A stretch of 64,000 nt of DNA from Octopus vulgaris. Lineage: Eukaryota. The notes under the pieces were generated by a model that saw only the letters and a program-made list of their open reading frames with translations, did no database searches and was not told the DNA's origin. The position numbers were made by a program, and so were the translations under genes. Where the stretch lies: positions 128,092,001-128,156,000 of the forward strand of contig OX597814.1 of NCBI GenBank assembly GCA_951406725.2, given 5' to 3'. Each line of letters starts with the position of its first letter. Position 1 is the first letter of the stretch. Shown here piece by piece: positions 53,551 through 64,000 of the stretch.

Positions 53551-55242
53551 ACCTTATATACCTGTATATATATATATATCTATATATGCATATATGCACA
53601 TGCACATATGTGTAAAGGACATTACCAGTGGTGCAAATAGCATGAAATAAGTAAACAAATAGGTATGCAAACAAGAAAAAAACAGAACAAGTAAACACAG
53701 AGAAAGGACCCTTCATCAGGTGTCGGCTGTCTATCTACTCCTTATTTCGAGCATTCAATGACAATATGAGTCTTCAAAGACAGTTGCTCCCATAAATTCT
53801 AAAATAAAATTTAGGATTTATGGAGGGTCAAAGTTGGGAACAAAAACATGACAGTGGAGACATACCAGGAAACCAAACAAAGACAAACATGGAGGGTTGT
53901 TAGACCAGAATGAGAGGAAAATATTGTACGCTGGGAAAAACATTTTTTGAAAAGAGAAGAGATAGAAGTATATATATATTCTACACAAGAAAACTTTTTT
54001 TGTGTGCACTGCCAATTGAGAAGCACTAAATTTTATCGTTAGAGGTATGAAACTGAACAGTATCATCGGTTGATAACTGATGAAGAAATTATGGACCTTC
54101 TGTTTGTCTCTCATTTGTTTTTACATTCAGTATACGTTGCATCATTTGTTTATGCATTTTTTCATTCATCATGCAACACACACCAAATTTGTATTAACAA
54201 GTAAGTTTTTTATATACCCATGTGATTCTCTCTCTCTCTCTCTTTTACCCTCATTCTTTCCCCTTTTCTTTCCTTCATCCTGTCACTCCTATTCTAGCCT
54301 TTCAACTTACTCCTTTTCTTTCTCTCCCTCTTGTATTCCTAGCATTCCTCCTTCCCCTTTTTTCTCTGTCACTCCCTCTTCCTGCTGTCTTTCTACTCTG
54401 CCTGCTGCTGTCATGTGACCAGTGACCAGTTCCCCTTTTTCTTCCTTTCTTAGACTGGTTCCTTAGCTGACCATTTGCAAAGTCAGTCTCCTTCATTCTT
54501 TCCCATTTTCTTTCTCTCACCCTCTCACTTCTATTCTATTTTAGAGTTTTGTCTGCTATTTCCAGTGTGGCAGTATCTCTTGGATACCCTAAATTATAAT
54601 CTTAATAATAATTATTATCTTTGAAGGTTTTTATTCCCATGCAGATCACTTGATAAGATCGATATTTAAATTAACGATCTTATCCTTATTTATATAAATT
54701 TTTAATTTATTTCGTCATTGTATTTACTGCGGTGATGTTTCAACCATATCGCACGAGGAGTTATAAGGTGGGCAATTTAAACTGGTTGTGTTGCATATGT
54801 GCATATATATGTATGTATACGTTCGTATATGTAAGTATTCGTATGTTATATGTATATATATGTGTATTTATGTTTCTTTCTGCATATATTCTACTGAAGA
54901 GGCAAAGCATTTCTTATGCAAAGCCAGAAATCCGGGATCTGGAATTATCCAGTAATTTTTTGCTAATTTATTTTGTCCTTTTGTCTTCTCTCCTGGTGCT
55001 GCATGAACATTTAATGTGGTTTTAGAGTCAGGTTTTGGCTGCTATTTCTAGCGTGGCGCTATCTCTTAGATACCTTGAATCATAATTTTAATAATAATTA
55101 TTACCTTTGAAGGTTTTTATTCCCATGCTGACCATTTGATAAGATCGATATTTAAATTAATGATCTTATCCTTATTTATATATATATATATATATACATA
55201 TTTATATAATGTGTGTATGTATATATATATATATATATGTAT

Positions 55243-55276
<34 letters not shown>

Positions 55277-55536
55277 GCATGATAGACCTCCACATAGTTT
55301 ACATCTACTAAATTCATTCACAAGGTGTTGATTAGTACAGGGCTATAGTATAAGACACTTGCCCAAGGTGTCACACAGTAGGACTGAACCCAAAACTGTG
55401 TAGTTGAAAAGCAAGCTTCTTAACCATACAACCACGCTGCACCTATAAAAAATATAAATTGAATATAAGAAGCAGAATATAAATACTGTATTAAACAACC
55501 GAAACTTTTATGAAAATATTTAACCTTCTGTTTTAC

Positions 55537-55882
55537 CTTGGTCTCCTCATATGTGTATAACGTGAATATCTTGGCATGAAATCAATCACAGGTGAGACAG
55601 CAGAGACTATCCATTCATTTGACTTTCCACAGTCAAAATATGGTTGAGTAAACCTCACAGGAAGTATTTCATCCATGAAATGCTGACCAGGAACACTTGG
55701 TCCAAAGAAACCTGAAATATTAAAATCTTCACTGTCGAACTGTCCTGGTCTGCTTGAATATTTTATACCCACAGTATATTTATATTTTATCAAAGAATCT
55801 TTTTCATTACGCACATCTGGCATATTCCATAAAGAGTACCAAATATTTGTTTTACTCCTTCTGCTTGTATAATTGAAGAGAC
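55537..55882 (-). CDS. Gene B exon 2: Cache-like module 1
   Basis: ttctag|GT...CCAAG|gtaaaa, phase 1-2; includes VRFTQPYFDCGKSNEWIVSAVSP (PYxDC..W motif of the GPR158 family). Confidence 0.9.
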
Positions 55883-56049
55883 CTAGAAAAAAAAATAAAA
55901 GACAATAAATTACATTGTAAAAAGTCAATGAGAGAAATATTAAACTTATAAAACTATTATTATCATTGTCATTTGCCAAGGTTGACTTTGCCTATCATTT
56001 TTGCAGGGTTGATAAAGTAGTTACCAGTTGAGGACTAGGGTTGATATAA

Positions 56050-57760
56050 AAGAAATAGTAATCTGGAAAGGACCTGGCCTGAATGAAGTACAAGGTTGCA
56101 TAACTGGATGACTGCCTGCAGCTAGGTCATTTTCTTGCCTGGATGACAAGTGGGTGAATGCTGCTATGCTTCAAGGATCCCTTGAAAGGGAACTTGGCAT
56201 TAAATTTTTGACCTGTTACTTGTTTACCACTTATATGGAAGCTTATGACTGGTGTTTTGGCAGAAGAGTTATACAGCCATCTGGAAAGTAATGATCTACT
56301 TCCAGAAGAATGGAAAAGATGCAGGAAACAATGTAGGGCAACAAAAGATCCCTTATTAGCTGATAAAATGATAATTAGAAATTGTAGACACAGATTGACA
56401 GGACTGAGTGTAGCATGGCCGGATTACAAAAAAGCATATGACATGGTACCACATAGTTGGTAAAACAAAGAGCATATTTGGAATAACAAAAAACATGGAG
56501 AAAATGCTTAATGAAAGTATGAAATATTGGAATATTGAACTAATCAGGAAAAAACAAAGACTCAGAGAAGTGAATATCAGACATGAAATATTCCAAGGTA
56601 ATAGCTTATCTCCATTACTATTCATATTGGCTATGATACTGTGCACTATGATACTACAAAAAGTTAAAATTGCTTACGATTTGGGAAAAGGAAATGGTCA
56701 GATAAATCATCTCCTTTTCATGGAGATGATATAAAGGTTTGTGCGTAAAATGAGAAAAGTTTGAAAGTCTTGTACATACTATCTGGGTTTTTTCAAATGA
56801 TGTAGGTATGGAATTTGGGGTAGAAAAGTGTGATATTTTGAAAATGAAACAAGGAAGATTTAAAAGAAGCCAGGGAAGTGAAATGCCAAATGAGCAAACA
56901 GTGAGAGCGGTCAAGGACAGTGGTTTAAGTATTTGGGAATACTGGAAGCAGATGAGATAAAAAATGAAGAAATGAAACAAATTGCCAGTAGGGAGAACAT
57001 AAAGGGATTCAGAAAATGATTGCAGTCAAAACTGGATCCTGAAAATCTTATTGAAGCAATTCAATAAATTCAAGAGCAGTATCCTTAATCAGATATGGTG
57101 TTGGAATTATAGTCTGGACCAAAAATGATATAAAGAAACTTGACAGGAAAACTAGAAAGTTGTTGACAATGAATAGAGCCTACAATCTGAAAGTTCATAT
57201 CAACCAGTTGTACAGAGTGGAAGAGGCTTGCTAGCAGTAGAAGAATGAGTACAGATGGAGAGAAAAAGCCCAGTAGAGGGCACAGAAAACCTACTAAGGA
57301 CAGTGAATAAAGAATGGGTGATCAAATGTATAATGGGAGTAAAAGACAAGAATGAAATACAAGGAGTGCAAGTCAGACAGATTAAAGGGGAACCTTTGCA
57401 TGGTCAATTTTGGATGGCCACTGAAGATGTATGTGGAACAAAATTCTGGGCTTGGTTTAAAAAGGGGCAATTAAAAAAAAGAAATAGAGAGCCTAATTGT
57501 AACAGCCCAGGATCAAGCAATAAAAACAAACCACTTGAGAAAAAATACATATGGAAAGAATGTGTCAGAAAAATGGAGAGCCTGTGAAACTTAGAATGAG
57601 ACAGTGGCACACATTGTGGAAGAATGCACCAAGTTGGCGCAGGAAGAGTATAAGAAATGGACACATGACCAGTTTGTAAAAGTTTTACACTGGAAACTTT
57701 GCCAGAAATGGGGATTTGAAGTTGGAAAGATGGTACAATCACCGAGTTGAAATAATAATG

Positions 57761-57813
<53 letters not shown>

Positions 57814-57817
57814 AATA

Positions 57818-57848
<31 letters not shown>

Positions 57849-58670
57849 TAATAATAACAGACATGACAGAGTTGGAACTTACATACATTGGAAGCTATGC
57901 CAACATTATGGAATAACAACAGAAAAAAGATGGTATAGGCACACACCAGAAAAGGTCACAGAAAACGAGAAAGCAACCATACTCTGGGATATGCCGATAC
58001 ACACAGATAGAGAAATTAAGGCCAACAGACCAGATATAGTTGTCAGAGACCATGAAGAAAAAAAATGCTTTCTAATTGATGTATCAGTACCGGCAGATGA
58101 CAACGTGTCTCTAAAAGAAATGGAGAAACTCTCAAAATACAAAGACCTGGAAATAGAGGTAACTAGAATGTGGAATCTGAAAACAGAAACAATTCCTATC
58201 ATAGTAGGTGCATTAGGCATGATAAAAAAATATTCAGACAAATACATAACAAAAACACCAGGACTTACAAACACATATAACATACAGAAAATTGCACTAC
58301 TAGGCACTGCACACATCCTACGCAGAACACTTTCCATACAATAACCATCAGAGCATCACAACAAATCACAGCACATACCCAAGGCACACAGAGCTGCGCT
58401 CGGTAGTGAAGTGAAAGCACGCTATAAAAATAAAAATAAAACTACTGAATAATAATAATAATTGGACAAATGCCTGAAGGAGATTGAAATAGAATGCCTG
58501 GTGGAGCTCGTGCAGAAAGTTTGTCTCATAGAGACAGCAAGGATTATCAGGAGGGTTCTAAGCACTGGAGACACTGCTGAAAACTTGTGGATACCTAAGG
58601 TTACAGGCAGTAACCCACTACCCACATAATTCCTATCAGGAATAAGACCGAACTTGAGCCAAATCAAAAT
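56050..58670 (+). mobile_element. Decayed R4/Dong-like non-LTR retrotransposon (RT), interrupted by a younger relative
   Basis: PVTCLPLIWKLMTG, DYKKAYDMVPHSW, IFQGNSLSPLLF, INHLLFM with stops and frameshifts; C-terminus resumes at ~58463 (LVQKVCLIETARIIRRVLS); followed by (TAA)n. Confidence 0.8.
57856..58450 (+). mobile_element. 3' end of R4/Dong-like element with restriction-like endonuclease
   Basis: WDMPIHTDREIKANRPDIVVRD...CFLIDVSVP.D.N...KEMEKLSKYKDL (PD-(D/E)xK RLE); flanked by (TAA)n. Confidence 0.85.
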
Positions 58671-58944
58671 AATAATAATAATAATAATAATGATAATAAT
58701 AATAATAATAACAATAATGGTTTCAAATTTTGCCATGAGGCAGCCATCTTGGGAGAAGGGATAAATTGATTACATCGCCCCAGTGTTTCACTGGTATTTA
58801 ATTTATCGAGCCCGAAAGGATGAAAGACAAAATTAACCTTGGTGGAATTTGAACTCAGAACGTAAAGACGGCTGAAATGCCACTATGCATTTTACCCAGC
58901 ATGCTAATGAATCTGCCAGCATACCACCTTAGTAATAATAACAA

Positions 58945-58975
<31 letters not shown>

Positions 58976-58977
58976 AA

Positions 58978-59418
58978 CCAATCGATATAAACGTATCTGT
59001 CAAGACCTACCAAAAACTGAGTAAATATAAAGATCTTGAAATAGAAATCAGCAAAATGTGGAACCTGAAGACTAAAACAATACCTGTTGTCATAGGTGCC
59101 CTGGGAATGATAGCAAAAGGGGCTGATTGCTACCTAACTCAGGTACCAGGTAACCCCAAAATGGCAGAAATTCAAAAGATAGTGCTCATAGGAACTGCTC
59201 ATATCCTACGCAAAATACTTTCTATGTAATCTCAAGTTTGCACCATCATAATTTTCTTATGGTTTTTTAAACATTCACTAGTGCAACACTAAGTACAAAA
59301 CCAAATATATGGTACCCTAGGCATAACACCAACATGAACTTCCAACTTGTTGTCTCTTGATGTCTCTGGGTGAAACTTGGAGCCAACTTGTAGAAATGTA
59401 AAGCAAAAATCAAACATA

Positions 59419-59420
<2 letters not shown>
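58978..59420 (+). mobile_element. Second short R4/Dong-like 3' fragment
   Basis: PIDINVSVKTYQKLSKYKDLEIEISKMWNLKTKTIPVVIGALG...IQKIVLIGTAHILRKILS; (TAA)n on both sides. Confidence 0.8.
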
Positions 59421-59485
<65 letters not shown>

Positions 59486-59545
59486 TATAATAATAAAAAT
59501 AACAGCATTAGTCATTGTAGGAGAAAAAAAATGCTTTATGTTTAC

Positions 59546-60161
59546 CTGTTCCCATGTCAACAACTTTTGTGGATCTCATTGTTGGTTCACGCAAAAAATT
59601 TTCTGAATCTCTTGTATCATCGTATCTCCAGGCTGATGGTGCAAACAAAGGTAGAGTTTTATTAAAAGCTAAGAACCTCAACCAGTTTGGATAATGACAG
59701 TTGTTATCAAAAAATATGGAACTTCCATTGACAAGGTTAGGGTGAGAGTTAACATTAGCTGTGACACTCATATAAAGATACAACCATCCAGGCAGATTAA
59801 GAAAATCCTTCGATTGATTAAACCTTTGCAGCATGAAACTGTGAAAGTAGGCTCTATTTAATGCTAAATTGTGGAGATGAACTAATCCAGTTCTGTTGCG
59901 ATAGAAGACTTTGCTCAAGAGTTGGTTGTATCGTGGTATCTGTGAAACAGTGTCTGGAGATAGGAGAAGATCAGATTTCCGTTTCGAATGGCAGTTCTTT
60001 TCAGTGATACTTTTCATATAGCTATCAAGGTGATCAAACTTGTCTTTTTTCTGCCAGTCCCATAGTGAGCTCTGACTAAGTCTTATCATTCCTACGATGA
60101 GAAGCAAACTGTACAGGGTCAGAGGAGATGCTGAGCCAAAGAACTTATATCTTATCGACAT
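59546..60161 (-). CDS. Gene B coding exon 1: signal peptide and start of GPR158/179-type extracellular module 1
   Basis: ATG at 60161 with an in-frame TGA two codons upstream; acceptor ttttgcag before 60202; hydrophobic N-terminus (LTLYSLLLIVGMIRLSQS); donor ACAG|gtaaac, phase 1. Confidence 0.88.
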
Positions 60162-63100
60162 ATTTCAAGCAAAATACTCAGCACTTCTGTAGCTGTGAAC
60201 ATCTGCAAAAGACAAGCGTTAGTATGTAGCCAAAAAAATTTTCTTTCTTGCTAGAGCTGGACATGGGAAGACTAACTGTTATTTAAGAACAAAATAATGT
60301 TAATTCTAACCCAAGCTGAGTTAAGTAAATATCAAAATTAATCACAGAACCTACACTAAACCTTCATCATTTATACAAAATATATGAAACCATTTATCAC
60401 TAATTAATGGCTTCATATTATTTGAACTGAAAAGACTGATTGTTTTAAAAGAAAAAAACCCACACTATAGTCATTATTTGTGAGTAAGTGTGATTTTGTT
60501 GCATGTACCATACTTTTGGTAATTACTTCAGGTGCCTATGTAGTAATAAGCAAACACAGGCACCATTTCAGATACCTCATCCCTGACCCAACAAAACATG
60601 AAGGAAGTGACAGCTGAGAGAGAAAGAGGGCTACACCAGCATGGGGTTAGTACTCATTCTCAACTGACTGCTCTGGAGCAACATGAAATGAAGTACTTTG
60701 CTCAAGAATATAACACACTGTCCATTTCAGGAACTGAACTCATTACATTATGATTCTGAGCCTAGTGGTTAAGGTGTTGGACTCATGCCTTCACAACAAA
60801 TTATAAATCTTTTATATTATATATATTTCTTTATTGCCCACAAGGGGCTAAACATAGAGGGGACAAACAAGGACAGACAAATGGATTAAGTCGATTACAT
60901 TGACCCCAGTGTGTAACTGGTACTTAATTTATTGACCCCGAAAGGATGAAAGGCAAAGTCAACCTCGGCGGCATTTGAACTCAGAACGTAATGGCAGACG
61001 AAATACGGCTACACATTTTGCCCGGCGTGCTAACGTTTCTGCCAGCTCGCCGCCAATCTTTTATATTATACAGAAGCTCAGCTTGTGATTTCATACCCAC
61101 CTGCACATGCTTCTGGCACTAAACATTTCCATTTCTATTATTGTAATTTATCTGAAGATTAATTATTTGGGATCGGCCAACATTCTATCCCAAGGTATAG
61201 TTATCTCTCATTCATATTGAAACCATATTATCCTCCAATACTTATGAAAGGATTAACTAAATTCCTTAGATGGAAGTAAGAGTAGAAGGATTAATAATAT
61301 TGATTTCAAATTTTGGCACAACACCAGCAATTTTGGGGGAGGGGATAAGTCGATTACATCAACACCAGTATTCAACTGGTATTATCAACTTGACTGCCAG
61401 ATCAGACTGGGCCTGATGCAGCCTTCTGGCTTCACAGACCCGAGTTGAACCATCCAACCCATGCTAGCATGAAAAGCGGACGCTAAACGATGATGATGAT
61501 GATGATGATGATGATGACGATGATGAAAGGATGAAAGGTAAAGTGGCATTTGAACTCAGAATGTATAGACAGACGAAATGCAGCTAAGTGTGTGAATAAT
61601 TCTGCCAGATTGCTAAAAAAAAAAAAGTAAAGTTACTTTTGTGTCTTTAATATTCTTTGATATTCTCTTTGTAACTTTAATATTCTCCCAAAGAGCCTGA
61701 GGGCCCTACACAAAGTGAATGTAGGTGCTTTCAAATCAAAACTGGATCTCTTCCTGTCGAGAGTCCTAGATGAACCTACCTCGCGGCAGGAGGTACAAAT
61801 GAGGGTAGCAACATCAAACTTCCTTGTTCACGAAATGCCACATAACAGAGGAGGCTCTCAATAACAACAGTGTAGCAAAATGGCTGTGCCACAGGATGGC
61901 CATAGCTTTGGACTGAAACTGATAAAACAATTTGTGAGTCATGTGAACTCATAAGGGTTGGTTTCTTGGTTTCCATGGTGTACAAATTCTCCACCTGGAT
62001 GGGATACCAGTCCTTTAGAGCATTACACACTTTTGCCAGCTGAGTGGACTGGAGCAACATGAAATGAAGTGTTTTACTTAAGAGCACAACACATCACCTG
62101 GTCCGGGAATTGAAACCACAATCTTATTGTCTTGAGTCCTGCCCTAGAAGGATTAATAATATTAACTCCATACATCTGAGCTTTCTTTTCCTAACAGATA
62201 GGCACAGGAGTGGCTGTGTGGTAAATAGTTTACTTACCAATATATATATATATATATATCATCGTCATCATCATCATATATATATATATATGTACATCAT
62301 CATCATCATCATTGCTTAATTAACATCAGCTTTCCATGGACGGTTTGATTGAGGACTGGCAAGCCAGAAGGCTGCGCCAAGCTCCAATCTGATCTGGCAA
62401 GGTCTCTACAGCTGGATGCTCTTCCTAATGCCAACCACTCCAAAAGTGTAGTGGGTGCTTTTTATGTGCCACTAGCATGGGAGCTAGTCAGATGGCATTC
62501 GCAGTGACCATGCTTGAATGGTGCTTTTTACATACCACTGGCATGGAACCAGTCAGGCGGCACTGGCATCAACCATGTACATATAGTTCATTTTACATGC
62601 CACTGGCATGGGAGCCAGTCTGGTAGAACTGGCATCGACCACACTCAAATGGTGCTTTTTACATGCCAACAGCATGGGTGCCAGTCAGACAGAACAGGCA
62701 TCGGCCAATACTGACATTGGCCAATACTGGCATCGCCCATGCATATATATATATGGAAAAAAAGTCAAGGTAGAAAATGGTAAATTAATATAAAAAACAT
62801 TTCAGTAACAGTTTCAGTCATTGAGACTTTTTCACCTGTAAGTATGGAAGACAATTAAATTTTGGAAAAATTAAATGAAAGTTTTTTAAAAGAATATTTG
62901 CATTTTCCTTGTTTCTGCCTGTCTCTGTCTCTCTTGTTTACTCTTGTGGGTTCGAAGTCATTGTATTTGAATACTATGCAAATATTCTTTTAAAAAACTT
63001 TTCTTTTAACTTTTCCAAAATTTAATTGTTTTCCATACTAACAGTTGAAAATTATTTTAGCATTTTTCACCTTGACTTTTTTCCATATTTATCAACTCAA

Positions 63101-63189
63101 GTGTTCCTTTTCAACCTTCTACATATATATATGAGAGAGAGATAGGTTGATATATATATATATATATATCTATATATATATATATATAT

Positions 63190-63366
<177 letters not shown>

Positions 63367-64000
63367 GAGGAAGATAAGTTGATGTTAAGAAGGACAACTA
63401 GCTGTAGAAACCATGCCAAAGTAGAGAGCAGAGTTTAATACAATCTTCTGACTTGCCAGTTCCTGTGAAATTGTCCAACCCATGCCAACATGGAAAACAT
63501 GTTAAATGATAGTGAAGATTGTGAGGATGATGATGATGATGATAAGACAGACAGACAAACAGATAAATCACAAAGTAATTCATTTGTGAAGTACCACTTT
63601 GTAGTTTTCCTGAACAATGTTGGCAATGCAAATATTCCTCAGAAGCTTGCTTCCCAACCACATGGTTCTGGATTCAGTCCCACTGCATAACACCTTGTGC
63701 CAATGTCTTCTACAATAGCCTTGGGCCAACCAAAGCCATGTGAGTGGCTTTGTTGGAAGGAAACTGAAAGAAGCATATCATATATATACGTACCAATGTG
63801 TGTGTGTGTGTGCATTTGTGTTTTTGTGTGTGTGTTTGTCCCCCACTGCTGTTTGACAACAGGTGTTGGTGTATTTACATCCCTGTAACTTAGTGGTTCA
63901 GCAAAAAGAACCGATAGAATAAGTACCAGGCTTTAAAAAATAACTACTGGACTTGATTCATTCAACTAAAAATTTTTCAAGGTTGTGCTCCAGCATGGCT

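Overview
Eukaryotic, AT-rich, microsatellite- and SINE-dense animal DNA. The repeat landscape suggests an octopod cephalopod (inference). Two convergent multi-exon genes were assembled by hand from GT-AG junctions with consistent phases. (1) + strand, 5' end upstream of the window, 11 exons at 1266-28946: a single-pass receptor with pentraxin/LamG domain, EGF repeats, SEA-like domain, TM helix and a Tyr/Pro-rich tail with NPxY. (2) - strand, complete 8-exon CDS at 60161-37383 (821 aa): signal peptide, two tandem GPR158/GPR179-type extracellular modules (Cache-like + EGF-like) separated by a polybasic linker, and a short hydrophobic GPI-like C-terminus with no 7TM. Introns hold a Penelope (RT + GIY-YIG) fragment, R4/Dong-like, CR1/L2 and RTE LINE pieces, mariner remnants, MITEs and several tRNA-derived SINE families. 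About 15 sequence-diverse, short, mostly fold-back elements are also present, many with hammerhead-ribozyme-like cores. They sit in (TA)n tracts or between 13-bp target-site duplications. Exon coordinates were read base by base; repeat boundaries are approximate.
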